A stretch of 64,000 bases of DNA from an uncultured delta proteobacterium (GTDB lineage: Bacteria; Myxococcota; Myxococcia; Myxococcales; Myxococcaceae). Position 1 is the stretch's first letter. Each line of letters opens with the position of its first letter. The notes beneath the pieces are model-generated. The model was given only the letters and a program-made list of their open reading frames with translations. It did not search any database and was not told the DNA's origin. Below are positions 38,122 to 50,418 of this stretch, in pieces. Location: assembly GCA_963713045.1 (NCBI GenBank), contig CAVQKE010000006.1:96001-160000 (forward strand), given 5' to 3'. The translations under genes were made by a program, and so were the position numbers.

Positions 38122-39474
38122 TTGTCAGCTCCCGCGGAGAAGTCAGCAGGCTCGCCGGACGCCCAACAGCTCTGGGCGCAAGCCCTGGGCATGCTCCGCG
38201 AGGATGGCAAAAGCTACGCGCTGACCTGGCTCGAGCGGATGCAGGCCATCGCTCTGCGCGAGGGCCAGCTTGTCCTGGGCGTCCCGGACCGATTCTTTCG
38301 TGACTGGGTCGATGACCACTACCGACCACTGCTTGAGGAGGCACTGTTGCGCCTGGTCGGGAGCCCGACTGGGGTGGGGTACGAAGTCATCGAGCCGAGT
38401 GCGGCCGATGTCACGCTGCCCGCGGTCCGGGAGCGAAGCCCCAGCAGGGTTCGTCCACCGCGCCTCAACGACCGCTTCACCTTCACCAACTACGTCGTCG
38501 CCGAGAGCAATCAGCTGCCGGCGGCGGCGGCGTCCGCGGTGGCCGAGAGCCCGGGGCGGGCCTACAACCCCCTCTTCATCTACGGGGGCACCGGCCTCGG
38601 GAAGACCCACCTGTTGCATGCGGTGGGCAACGCCATTTTCGGTCGAAACCCGAGCGCCCACATCGTCTATCTGTCCTCCGAGGAGTTCACGAACGAATTT
38701 GTGGAGAGTGTCCGCGATCACCGAATGTCCGAGTTTCGCCGGAAATTCCGAGAAGAATGTGACGTCCTGCTGGTGGATGACATCCAGTTTCTCGGGAAAA
38801 AGGAAGAAACCCAAAAGGAATTCTTTTACACCTTCAATGCCCTGCACGAGATGTCGAAGGCCATGGTGCTGACCTCGGACACCGTGCCGGCGGAGATTCC
38901 GGGCCTGGAAGAGAGGCTCCGCAGTCGGTTCACCCAAGGGCTCATCACCGACATCCAAGAGCCCAACTATGAGACTCGCATCGCCATTCTCAAAAAGAAG
39001 GGCGAACTGGAGGGCTTTGAGTTGCCAGACAACGTCTGTCACTTCATCGCTCGCCACGTCCAGAAAAACGTCCGCGAACTGGAAGGGGCGCTGGTCAAAA
39101 TCTCGGCGGTGCACAGTCTCACCGGGCAACCCATCACCGAGGAATTTGCTGCCCAGGTGTTGCGCGACATTCTTCCGGCGCACCGGCCGGTGGACATCGA
39201 GCAGATTCAGCGCGAGACCGCCCGCTACTACAAGGTTGCCGTTGAGGAGCTGCGTGCCGACCGGCGGACCAAGCATCTGGCCCACGCCCGTCAAGTGGCC
39301 ATGTACCTAGCCCGGCGCCTCACCCGAAGTTCCTTTCCGGAAATCGCCGCCCGCTTCAACAAGGACCATTCCACGGTCATCTCTTCGGTGCGCAAGGTGG
39401 AGCGCACGCGGGAAACGGACGCCCTTGTGCGCAAGGAGCTTGAGGAGTTGGAGGCCAAGCTGGGCGTGCTGTAG
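38122..39474 (+). CDS. dnaA: Chromosomal replication initiator DnaA
   Basis: YNPLFIYGGTGLGKTHL, DDIQF, KDHSTV; start (TTG 38122) uncertain. Confidence 0.97.
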   Translation: MSAPAEKSAGSPDAQQLWAQALGMLREDGKSYALTWLERMQAIALREGQLVLGVPDRFFRDWVDDHYRPLLEEALLRLVGSPTGVGYEVIEPSAADVTLPAVRERSPSRVRPPRLNDRFTFTNYVVAESNQLPAAAASAVAESPGRAYNPLFIYGGTGLGKTHLLHAVGNAIFGRNPSAHIVYLSSEEFTNEFVESVRDHRMSEFRRKFREECDVLLVDDIQFLGKKEETQKEFFYTFNALHEMSKAMVLTSDTVPAEIPGLEERLRSRFTQGLITDIQEPNYETRIAILKKKGELEGFELPDNVCHFIARHVQKNVRELEGALVKISAVHSLTGQPITEEFAAQVLRDILPAHRPVDIEQIQRETARYYKVAVEELRADRRTKHLAHARQVAMYLARRLTRSSFPEIAARFNKDHSTVISSVRKVERTRETDALVRKELEELEAKLGVL

Positions 39475-39867
39475 CCCGCGCGCGGGGAAGGACAATTCGC
39501 CTGTCCGTTCCACTGCCGTGGCAGCCAGCCAAGCGGTTCCCTGGCGCACCGCTGAGGTTCAACTTGTGGGCAACTTCAGTCTGCCAAGGTAGCCGACATG
39601 CCGACGTCACCTGCGCGACACCTGTGGGGAGGCCTGTGGTGAGTTTTGTCTCGCGCCCGTTCGCTGGGGGCCGAGCGGCCACAGAGGCAAGCCTTCCAGC
39701 GTCTTTGCGGGCATTGCCCCAGCGTCGCCCACAGCCTTCAGGGACAAAACCCTCTTAAGTTTCCGCGGCTTGTGCCGTTTCTCCCCAACCTCAGGGTGAC
39801 TACGGCTTCTGCTAGTGAATTAACAACTCTTATTCAGAGGAGAACCGGTAGGCCCTTGCCGCCTGTC
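39475..39867. other. Candidate oriC
   Basis: Non-coding gap after dnaA with degenerate DnaA boxes (e.g. TGTGGGCAA, TTCTCCCCA 39779-39787), DnaA-trio-like CTACGGCTTCTGCTA and an AT-rich tract to about 39836. Confidence 0.6.
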
Positions 39868-40182
39868 TTACGGAGACATCGCGATGAGGAATTCCTCAAT
39901 TTGCTGCCGTTGCTCGCCAGAAAGCCTCACCTTCTGGACAGTCATCATCTCTTGCACCAGGGAAGGCCAACGGCTGGCGGGAAATTCCGCAGGCAGGTGA
40001 AGCGCATGACAGCCACTGCATGTCTTGACGTACGTCTTCCTCGCCTGGGTGAGGCTCTCCAGCGTGATGTCCGGTTGTGCCTGCTGTGCGCGCGAGACGT
40101 CCGCCGGCGTGGGTTGCGGCAAGGAAGTGCAGCCACCCACGGCAAGGCTGAGAAGTCCCACCAAACGAAGAGAGCTCGACAT
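39868..40182 (-). CDS. Monoheme cytochrome c lipoprotein
   Basis: Lipobox AVGG|C, CSGCH haem motif, downstream Met (EMM). Confidence 0.8.
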   Translation of the reverse strand: MSSSLRLVGLLSLAVGGCTSLPQPTPADVSRAQQAQPDITLESLTQARKTYVKTCSGCHALHLPAEFPASRWPSLVQEMMTVQKVRLSGEQRQQIEEFLIAMSP

Positions 40183-40203
40183 TGAGAATGCAACTCATTC
40201 TCA
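40183..40203. promoter_or_regulatory. Fur-family box
   Basis: TGAGAATG-N5-CATTCTCA perfect inverted repeat; 14/19 match to GATAATGATAATCATTATC. Confidence 0.65.
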
Positions 40204-40453
40204 TGAATGGGCCGGTTGTCAAGTGCCTTCCTTGTGGCCACCGACAGCAGTCCCCCCGCCTTGCCATCCACCGACGTCCCAAGGGGTTGTGCTGCAGGCT
40301 CCAGCCCCCGGTGCTTCGCAATTGCCCACGGCAGCGCTGCAGCCGCCCTGCTTGTGTGTCGGAGCGGAAAGCCAATGTTGGCCATCCCGTTTCGTTGACT
40401 GGCCCAGCGTGCCAGCGCTACACGGACGACACCAAGGGGAGTGAGGGAAGGCC

Positions 40454-41560
40454 ATGGAATTTCGCATCGCCGCCGATGAGCTCAAGCGCGCTCTGTACCG
40501 GGCGCAGGGCATCGTCGAGCGCAAGACGACGATGCCCATTCTCTCCAACGTCCTGGTCACCGCCACCAAAACCGCTGTCCAAGTCACAGCCTTTGACTTG
40601 GACGTGGGGGTGGTGAGCGAACACTTCGCCGAAGTCACCAAGCAGGGAAGCATCACCGTTGCTGCCCGCACCCTCTTCGACATTGTCCAGAATGTCCCGG
40701 AGCAGCAAATCACCATCCGCAAGCTTCCCAACCACTATGCGGAGATTTTGAGTGGCACCGCGCACTTCAAAATCGTCGGCATGTCGCCCGACGAATACCC
40801 AAAGCTTCCCCGCGAGGACGACGCGCCGTCGGTCACGGTGAGTGGAGAAGTTCTTCTCGAGATGATTCGAAAGACGTCCTTCGCCATTTCCAGCGATGAG
40901 ACGCGCTACATCCTCAACGGCGTCTTCTTTGAACCGCATTCGACAGACAAGGTGCGGATGGTGGCCACCGATGGGCACCGCCTGGCTTTGGTCGAACGCA
41001 CCCTTCCCGGTGACTTCAAACTCAAAGGCGGGGTCATCATCCCGCGCAAGGGTTTGCTGGAACTCAAGCGCCTGCTGGAAGAAGCACCCGACGCGGAGTG
41101 CCAGTTGGGCTTCGCGATGAATTCGGCCCTCTTCGCCAAAAAGGGCCTGACCATGGTGATGCGCCTCATCGACGGGCAATTTCCAGAGTATCAGCGGGTC
41201 ATCCCCAAGGAAGGCTCGCGCATTGTCCAGTTGAACCGGGTGCGCTTTCTGGAGGCTCTCCGGCGCACCGCACTCCTCAGCGTCGACAAGTCAAACGCCG
41301 TCAAGCTGAGCCTCACCGAAAATCTCCTCCGGTTGACCTCGCAGAATCCCGACCTGGGCGAGGCCAAGGACGACCTCGACGTGGTCTTCACCGGCCCGGA
41401 AATCAGCATTGGCTTCAACGCGCGCTACCTGTCGGACGTTCTCTCCGCATTGGACGAGGATGAGGTGGTCCTCGAGTTGGGCGATGAGCACAGCCCGGGT
41501 GTGGTGCACGCGCCGGGTGACCGCAGCTACACCGCCGTCGTCATGCCGATGCGCGTCTAA
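40454..41560 (+). CDS. dnaN: DNA polymerase III beta clamp
   Basis: PILSNV, VATDGHRLA, FPEY, C-terminal VMPMR. Confidence 0.98.
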   Translation: MEFRIAADELKRALYRAQGIVERKTTMPILSNVLVTATKTAVQVTAFDLDVGVVSEHFAEVTKQGSITVAARTLFDIVQNVPEQQITIRKLPNHYAEILSGTAHFKIVGMSPDEYPKLPREDDAPSVTVSGEVLLEMIRKTSFAISSDETRYILNGVFFEPHSTDKVRMVATDGHRLALVERTLPGDFKLKGGVIIPRKGLLELKRLLEEAPDAECQLGFAMNSALFAKKGLTMVMRLIDGQFPEYQRVIPKEGSRIVQLNRVRFLEALRRTALLSVDKSNAVKLSLTENLLRLTSQNPDLGEAKDDLDVVFTGPEISIGFNARYLSDVLSALDEDEVVLELGDEHSPGVVHAPGDRSYTAVVMPMRV

Positions 41561-41574
41561 AGCACCGGCAGAGG

Positions 41575-42696
41575 GTGCTTCTTCAACGCCTCCAGCTTCG
41601 GGACTTTCGCAACCTCGCGGCGATGGAATTGTTCCCCTCGCCGCACACCACGGTGCTGGTGGGGCGCAACGGGCAGGGCAAAACCAACCTCCTGGACGCC
41701 ATTTACTTCCTCTGCACCCTGAAGCCTTTGCGCGCAGCACGGCTGGTGGAGCTGGTTCGCTTCGAAAGGCCATCGGCGCGCGTGGCCGGACAATTCGCAC
41801 TGGCCGGCGCCACCCGAGAAATCGCAGTCGACATCCAAGATGGCCTCCGCCAGGCGTCGGTCGACGGAAAGCACGTGCGGGCGCTGGAGGAGTATTTCGG
41901 CGGCGTCTCAGTGGTGGCCTTCACCCCGGATGATTTGGCGGTGGTGAAGGGGGCACCCCAGGAGCGCCGGACATTTCTGGACCGGGCGGTCTTCAACCGC
42001 TTCCCGGCCTTCCTGCGCGCGTCCCGCACCTACGTGCGGGCGCTGCGCAATCGCAATCGCCTCCTCAAGGACGGCGCGGGGCCGGATTACCTCTTGGCCT
42101 TCGACGAGACGTTGGCCGAAGCGGGGGCGCGCATCCTCGCCTTCCGGCGCGACCTGTTGAAAGAACTTGCTCCGCGGGCCGAAGCGGCGGTGGCCTCCAT
42201 TGGCCAGCTCGCGGGGGCGCGCTTCCGTTACCTCCCGGTGCATTTGGAGTTGGACGTGGCCACGGCTGATGTTCAGGCGCTGGGGGCCGAACTGCTTGAC
42301 GCCCTTCACGCGCGGCTTGGCCGAGACCGTGAGCGGGGTTTTACGTCCGTGGGCCCCCATGCCGATGACCTCGACATTTGGCTCGACGGCCATTCGGCGC
42401 GGTCCTTCGCTTCGCAGGGGCAGGCCCGGGCGATGGTGCTTTCGTGGAAAATCGCCGAGATTGAGAACCTCCGGTTCGCCCTGGGCCGCTCGCCGCTGCT
42501 GCTCCTCGACGACGTCTCCAGTGAGCTTGACCCGGAGCGAAACACCTACCTGATGCGCTATTTGGCTGGCTCGGGGGCGCAGGTGCTGCTCACCACCACC
42601 GAGCCGGGCCTGGTCCGGGATGCAGCCGGTGCCGACACCCAGTGGCTCGCCGTGGAAGCCGGCGCGGTTTTCCCAGCCTCCGCTCCAATCGACTAA
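41575..42696 (+). CDS. recF: RecF
   Basis: GRNGQGKTN, GPHADDL, SQGQ, LLLDDVSSELD. Confidence 0.96.
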   Translation: MLLQRLQLRDFRNLAAMELFPSPHTTVLVGRNGQGKTNLLDAIYFLCTLKPLRAARLVELVRFERPSARVAGQFALAGATREIAVDIQDGLRQASVDGKHVRALEEYFGGVSVVAFTPDDLAVVKGAPQERRTFLDRAVFNRFPAFLRASRTYVRALRNRNRLLKDGAGPDYLLAFDETLAEAGARILAFRRDLLKELAPRAEAAVASIGQLAGARFRYLPVHLELDVATADVQALGAELLDALHARLGRDRERGFTSVGPHADDLDIWLDGHSARSFASQGQARAMVLSWKIAEIENLRFALGRSPLLLLDDVSSELDPERNTYLMRYLAGSGAQVLLTTTEPGLVRDAAGADTQWLAVEAGAVFPASAPID

Positions 42697-42712
42697 ACTG
42701 GAGGGGCCCACG

Positions 42713-43168
42713 GTGAGCGTCCGCTTCTTCGCCTTTCGTCCTCGCGGGCTGCGCCGGGCGCTCCTGGCCGCGGCCGTGCTGTCGGTGGTGCTGTCCGCCT
42801 GGGCGCTGGCCTCTGGCCTACGGGGGACAGAACCCCTGGGGACGGTGCGGGCGGTGCTGTTGGGCGCGCTGGCCGTGGGCTTTGCGGTCGGCTGGGTTCT
42901 CCTCCGTCCGCGCCCCGACTTTGGCATCCGCATGGACACCGCCGGCATTGACGTCTTTCGGCCCTGGGGTGCCCCTCCGCTGCACATTCCCTGGACACAG
43001 CTGGGCGCGACGCGCACCGAGCGGCGACTGTGGACGCGCCTCGTCCTGGAAGTTCGCCCGGCGGGAAAGCTCCTCATCGCCCGGCCTCTGGTGGGCTCGC
43101 CGGAGGCCTTTGCCGACCTGGTGCGGGCCCTGGAAGAGGCTTCGCCGAGGCCTCCCGGCGACGCGTGA
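42713..43168 (+). CDS. Hypothetical 2-TM membrane protein (PH-like C-terminus possible)
   Basis: GGAGG SD, GTG; two hydrophobic helices then IPWTQL motif. Confidence 0.6.
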   Translation: MSVRFFAFRPRGLRRALLAAAVLSVVLSAWALASGLRGTEPLGTVRAVLLGALAVGFAVGWVLLRPRPDFGIRMDTAGIDVFRPWGAPPLHIPWTQLGATRTERRLWTRLVLEVRPAGKLLIARPLVGSPEAFADLVRALEEASPRPPGDA

Positions 43169-43257
43169 ATTCCTCCCCTGCGAGGGCGAATTTCGTGTGT
43201 CATTTCGCTAGCTTGGGACGGGCAGACCGCCTTGTGACACACGGGGTCGCGTGTTAG

Positions 43258-45720
<2,463 letters not shown>

Positions 45721-45830
45721 GGCGTGGGTCGTCAGGGCCGAAGCCCCAGGCAACGAATTCGGTCGTTTGCCGGCGGCCGGGAAGCCCATATGCTGAAAGG
45801 CGCGACGGGGGAGCGGGACCCTCGCTGTAC

Positions 45831-45904
45831 TGGGGCGTCGTCTAACGGCAGGACGTCAGACTTTGGATCTGACTATCAAGGTTCGAATCCTTGCGCCCCA
45901 GCCA
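45831..45904 (+). tRNA. tRNA-Gln(UUG)
   Basis: Cloverleaf: TCAGA-CTTTGGA-TCTGA anticodon arm, GGTTCGAATCC T-arm, encoded CCA. Confidence 0.95.
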
Positions 45905-45934
45905 GTCCGCTCCCGAAAGGACGCGTCCTGACGG

Positions 45935-46456
45935 ATGTCCCGGGTGATGCAACTGGCCGCCATTGGTTCCGCGCCGCCGGCTCTGCTGCGGGAATTGGAA
46001 GGCCCACTCACCCTCCAACTGGGGGTCACGCCCCTCTACACGCGGGTGTCGCTGGCGGCGCCGAACTACGCCTTCAACAAAGACCGAAACCAATACCACT
46101 CCAATGCCATCATGCGGCGGCTGGTGCCCCTGCTGGAGCCGGGACAAACCATCCTCGGGCTGGTCGACGTCGACCTCTTTGTTCCCGACAGCGGATTCGT
46201 CTTCGGAGAGGCAGACCGCGAGTCGCTGGCGGCGGTGCTGTCCATCGCCCGGCTGCGTCAAGGCGCGGACGAGACCCTGTTACGCCGCCGCGTCCAGGTG
46301 GAGGGCCTGCACCAGGCCGGGCACCTGGTGGGCCTCTCCTACTGCGAGGATGCCCGCTGCGCGATGTTTCTCGCCACCACGCTTCCCGACGTGGACCGCA
46401 AACAGACCGCGCTCTGTCACATCTGCCGCAATGAATTGGTGAAGCTGAACCGCTGA
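45935..46456 (+). CDS. Archaemetzincin-like (M54) protein, probably non-catalytic
   Basis: DVDLF..FVFGEA, HQAGHLVGLSYC...CAM, C-terminal CHIC. Confidence 0.8.
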   Translation: MSRVMQLAAIGSAPPALLRELEGPLTLQLGVTPLYTRVSLAAPNYAFNKDRNQYHSNAIMRRLVPLLEPGQTILGLVDVDLFVPDSGFVFGEADRESLAAVLSIARLRQGADETLLRRRVQVEGLHQAGHLVGLSYCEDARCAMFLATTLPDVDRKQTALCHICRNELVKLNR

Positions 46457-46541
46457 GGCCAGTCCGCCGCGGGCAGTTTCTCGACGGGAGGGCTGCCCTC
46501 AGGTTTGCTCCATCCCCCCGGAGGTTGAAAGCCACCCCCTT

Positions 46542-47387
46542 GTGAGTGCCCCGCCCGAAGCCCTGGCCCGCGTGCCGTTGTTCTCCACGCTCGACGCGGA
46601 GGAGCGCGCCGTGCTGGCCCGACAGGCCGAAGCCCGCCGCTGGCCACCCGAGACGAGAATTTTCAGTCGGGGAGACCCAGGCGACTGCTTCTACGTCGTC
46701 ACCCAAGGCAAGGTGGAAATCTCGGTGGAAGCCACCACCGGCGAGCGACGGGTGCTGGGGACGGCCAGCGCGGGGGAATTCTTTGGCGAGCTGTCCTTGC
46801 TCGACGGGGGCCCCCGGAGCGCCGATGCAACGGCGCTGGAAGCGACGCAGGCGCTGGAGATTGACCGAAGCGACCTGGCCGAACTCTTCCGCCTGCACCC
46901 AAGCGCGGCGCTGGACGTGCTCAGCGTCACCGGCCGGCGCCTTCGGGAAACCAACCGAGCGCTGCTGTCGAGTGTCGGCACCAGCCCCAACGAAGAAGTG
47001 GAGGAGCGCTCCACCGCCGTCCAGCGCTCGGCCGATGCGTTGGCCGCTTTCAGCGGCTCCATCCCCTTCCTCGTCCTACACGCCGCCGGCTTCGTGGTGT
47101 GGATTGGATGGAATCTCGGCGCCATTCCCTGGCTGCGCCCATTTGACCCATTTCCCTTTGGACTCCTCACCCTGGTGACGTCGCTGGAAGCCATTTTTCT
47201 CAGCTGCTTTGTCCTCATCAGCCAGGAGCGCCAGGCGGCCAAGGACCGAATCCGCAGCGACGTCGAATATGCGGCCAACATCAAAGCCGGACTGGAAGTG
47301 ACGCAGCTGCACACCAAACTCGACCGCCTCTATGAAGGGGCGATGGCCAAGCTGTCGGCCTTGGAGCACGGCCGGCTGGCGCCCTAG
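46542..47387 (+). CDS. Cyclic nucleotide-binding + DUF1003 membrane protein
   Basis: FFGELSLLDGGPRSA; FDPFPFGLLTLVTSLEAIFLS..VLISQ. Confidence 0.88.
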   Translation: MSAPPEALARVPLFSTLDAEERAVLARQAEARRWPPETRIFSRGDPGDCFYVVTQGKVEISVEATTGERRVLGTASAGEFFGELSLLDGGPRSADATALEATQALEIDRSDLAELFRLHPSAALDVLSVTGRRLRETNRALLSSVGTSPNEEVEERSTAVQRSADALAAFSGSIPFLVLHAAGFVVWIGWNLGAIPWLRPFDPFPFGLLTLVTSLEAIFLSCFVLISQERQAAKDRIRSDVEYAANIKAGLEVTQLHTKLDRLYEGAMAKLSALEHGRLAP

Positions 47388-47423
47388 CTGAGGCATCCGG
47401 CCTCCGTCCAAGCGTCCCCGGCC

Positions 47424-49535
47424 TCAGCTGGGTGGGCGGGCCTCCATGGCCTCGGCGACCAGCTCGGCCACGTCTCGGACTTTCAACTCGTCCCGGCCGG
47501 TGTCATTGGCCGCGTCGCGCAGCATGGTGGCGCAGAAGGGACAGGCCACTGCCAGGGTGCCCTTGGCCGGCCCGGTGTAGTTCCCCACAGCCCCGGGTTT
47601 GTGGATGTCACTGGCCGAGGGGACCGGCAACGACGGCTGTGCGGCGTGGGCCAGCGTCAGGGCGACCTCGTTCATCCGGTTGTGGTTGATGCGCGTCCCC
47701 AGCCGCTCCTCCATCCACATCCGGCCCCCGCCGGCACCGCAGCAGAAGGACTGACGGCGGCTGCGCTGCATTTCCACCACCCGAAGCCCGGGGATGGCAC
47801 CCAACGCTTCGCGAGGCGCGTCGTACACCCCGTTGTGCCGGCCGAGGTAGCACGGGTCGTGGTAGGTGAGCGTCTCGTCCATCACCCGGGACAGCTTGAT
47901 GCGCTTCTCTCGCAGCAGCTCGGCAATCAGCTGCGTGTGGTTGAGGACGCGGTAGTTGCCCCCGAAGCTGGGGTATTCATTCTTCAGGGTGTTGAAGCAG
48001 TGCGGGCACTGGGTGATGACGGCTTTGACGCCAGCTGCGTTCCAGGTCTCGACATTTCCCTTGGCCAGCGTCTGGTACAGGTACTCATTGCCCAGTCGCC
48101 GGGCGCTGTCCCCATTGCACACTTCCGCTTTCCCCAGGGTGGCAAAGGACACGCCGGCCTCGCGGAGAATTTTCACCACCGCCCGGGACACCTTCTTCTG
48201 CCGGTCGTCATAGCTGCCCGCACAGCCGACGTAGAAGAGGTATTCGTAGCTGCCCCCATCTCCCCAGGCCGGCAGCTTCAAATCCTCCGCCCAGGCGTCC
48301 CGGCTCTCCTGGGCCACACCCCAGGGGTTGCCCTGGCGCTCCATGCCCTCGAAGACGCGCTGGATTTCGGGAGGGAAGTCCGCCTCCACCTGGACTCGGT
48401 AGCGGCGCATGTCGATGAGGCGGGGGATGTTTTCGATGAAGACCGGGCAGGCCGTCTCGCACCAGCCACAGGAGGTGCAGGCCCAGACTGTCTCCGGCTG
48501 CAGAATGCCTCCCACCAGCGGCGGCCAGTCCGGCTGCGGGCCCCCGCCCGCCCGGCCGGCGTCGACCAGTTCCTCTTGGTGGTCCCAGGCCCAATGCTTG
48601 AGGGTTTGGTTGACGCCCTTGTGGGTGAGCGGCTTGCCGGTAACGTAGGTTGGGCAATGCGTCTGGCACCGGCCGCATTCGGTACAGGAGTCGAGGTCCA
48701 GTCCCTGCTTCCAGGACAAGTCGCGGAACGTCCGTGGTCCAAACTCCTCCGCCTCCAGGTTGGGCGTCGACAGCTGCCCGCTGGGGGTGAGGCGCTGCAA
48801 ATACACGTTGGGTAGCCCGGTGATGACGTGGAAGTGCTTGCCCAGCGGGAGGAAATTCAAGAAGGCCAGGATGATGCAGAGGTGAGTCCAAAACATGAGC
48901 CCGCCGAGGGCCCGCACCGCGCCGTGGGGAAGCGAGGCGAGTCCCGCCGCCACCAGCGAGGTGATGGGCTCCTCCGGCCGGAAGGCCTGGCCGGCCAACA
49001 CCATCCGCGAGGCCCCAAACAGGTATTCACTCACCATCAGCCCGGCGATGAAGCCGAGGATGAGGAGGGCCTCCCAGGAGGGCGTCAGCCGGTCCGGCTT
49101 CACCACCAAGCGAAGCCAAAGGAAGTAGCTGACCCCGATGAGCGCCAGCAGCGCCACCAGGTCCTTGCAGAAGAGGTAGCTCAGGTACACCGCCTCCAGG
49201 GCGTGGTGCTGCCCCCAGAAAGGGTCTGAAGGGACGGTGAGCACCTCCAGCGCCGTCTCGGAGAAGCCCATCGTGAAAAGCATCAGTGTGCGCAGCAGCA
49301 GCACCACGAAGGCGGCAAAAATGAAGACGTGCATGACGCCCGGGGTGCGCTCCTCCGGGTCCACCATGCGCCGCTGCCCGAAGCCGAAGCGCAAAAGCGC
49401 CCGGGTACGGCGTCCCGGCTGGTCGAGGCGGTGGGCAGGCTTCATCCCCACCAGCACCGCCATGCGGCCGTAGAGGGTGTAGACGAAGAGGGCCAGGCCG
49501 ACGAAGACCAGCAGCAGCGAGACGACGACGCTCAT
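47424..49535 (-). CDS. Membrane-bound Fe-S oxidoreductase (FadF/HdrD-like, CCG domains)
   Basis: TM N-terminus, CTECGRCQTHCP, CTSCGWCETACP, YHDPCYLGR, CCGAGGG, ACPFC. Confidence 0.9.
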   Translation of the reverse strand: MSVVVSLLLVFVGLALFVYTLYGRMAVLVGMKPAHRLDQPGRRTRALLRFGFGQRRMVDPEERTPGVMHVFIFAAFVVLLLRTLMLFTMGFSETALEVLTVPSDPFWGQHHALEAVYLSYLFCKDLVALLALIGVSYFLWLRLVVKPDRLTPSWEALLILGFIAGLMVSEYLFGASRMVLAGQAFRPEEPITSLVAAGLASLPHGAVRALGGLMFWTHLCIILAFLNFLPLGKHFHVITGLPNVYLQRLTPSGQLSTPNLEAEEFGPRTFRDLSWKQGLDLDSCTECGRCQTHCPTYVTGKPLTHKGVNQTLKHWAWDHQEELVDAGRAGGGPQPDWPPLVGGILQPETVWACTSCGWCETACPVFIENIPRLIDMRRYRVQVEADFPPEIQRVFEGMERQGNPWGVAQESRDAWAEDLKLPAWGDGGSYEYLFYVGCAGSYDDRQKKVSRAVVKILREAGVSFATLGKAEVCNGDSARRLGNEYLYQTLAKGNVETWNAAGVKAVITQCPHCFNTLKNEYPSFGGNYRVLNHTQLIAELLREKRIKLSRVMDETLTYHDPCYLGRHNGVYDAPREALGAIPGLRVVEMQRSRRQSFCCGAGGGRMWMEERLGTRINHNRMNEVALTLAHAAQPSLPVPSASDIHKPGAVGNYTGPAKGTLAVACPFCATMLRDAANDTGRDELKVRDVAELVAEAMEARPPS

Positions 49536-49600
49536 GAGGGGTGCCAGGTTAGTGGCGCGGACTCTCCGTGGACAACGTCGAAGGCGAGGGCCAGGGTGTG

Positions 49601-50347
49601 TCAACCGATGTCGCTGGGAAGCAGCAGGACTGGCTTGAAGCCGGCGGCGTCGGCGGAGGCGAGGACGTAACGGACGCCGCCGTGGACGCCGACGAAGCCG
49701 GCCGAAATGCCCGGCCCGTGCAGGTGCCCGTAGACGCAGACGGCAGGGGCAAACTCCTCGATGAGGGGAGAAAAGGCGGTGGGCACTCCGCCCGCGTACA
49801 GCGGGGGGAAGTGGGTCGCCACCACCTTCAGCAGTTGGGGCTCGCGTCGAAGCAGCCGCCGGGCCTCCTCCAGCGAACGCTGCAGCCGGGTCGCCTCGCG
49901 CAGCACGTAGTCGGTCGACGGGGCCTCATCCCCCATGTCGCCACCAGGCAGCGGCGGGGCCTCGGCCGTCGTCCACAGGCGTGAGCCCGCCAGCAGGTAG
50001 GGGGGGACAGCCAGCGCCGAGCCGTTGTGGAGAAAGCCGATGATGGTGGGGGTGGGCGCCAGCAACTCGCCCAGCTTCTTGGCCGAGTCGCCCCACCAGT
50101 AGTCGTGGTTTCCTTTGAGGAGGACCTTGCGGCCCGGCCGCCTCTCAATCCACCGAAGGTCCTCCACCGCCTCGTGCGCTTTGGTGGCCCAAGAGATGTC
50201 CCCCACCACCAGCACCACGTCCTCGGGCCGCACCGCCGCGTCCCAGGCTGCGGCCAGCGGTGCCGGGTGTCCCGTCCACCCAAAGCGCTCCATGTCCTTG
50301 TTTCGACTGGAGGGCAGATGCAGGTCGCCAATGGCGAAAAGTCGCAT
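49601..50347 (-). CDS. Metallophosphoesterase
   Basis: DLH, GDISW, GNHD, THFPP, GHLH. Confidence 0.88.
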   Translation of the reverse strand: MRLFAIGDLHLPSSRNKDMERFGWTGHPAPLAAAWDAAVRPEDVVLVVGDISWATKAHEAVEDLRWIERRPGRKVLLKGNHDYWWGDSAKKLGELLAPTPTIIGFLHNGSALAVPPYLLAGSRLWTTAEAPPLPGGDMGDEAPSTDYVLREATRLQRSLEEARRLLRREPQLLKVVATHFPPLYAGGVPTAFSPLIEEFAPAVCVYGHLHGPGISAGFVGVHGGVRYVLASADAAGFKPVLLLPSDIG

Positions 50348-50418
50348 GGACGGCGGAGGACTGTAGCCCAAGGCCGCTCACCAGCCCGGGGTGCCGGCCG
50401 ACAACCACGCGCGCGCCG

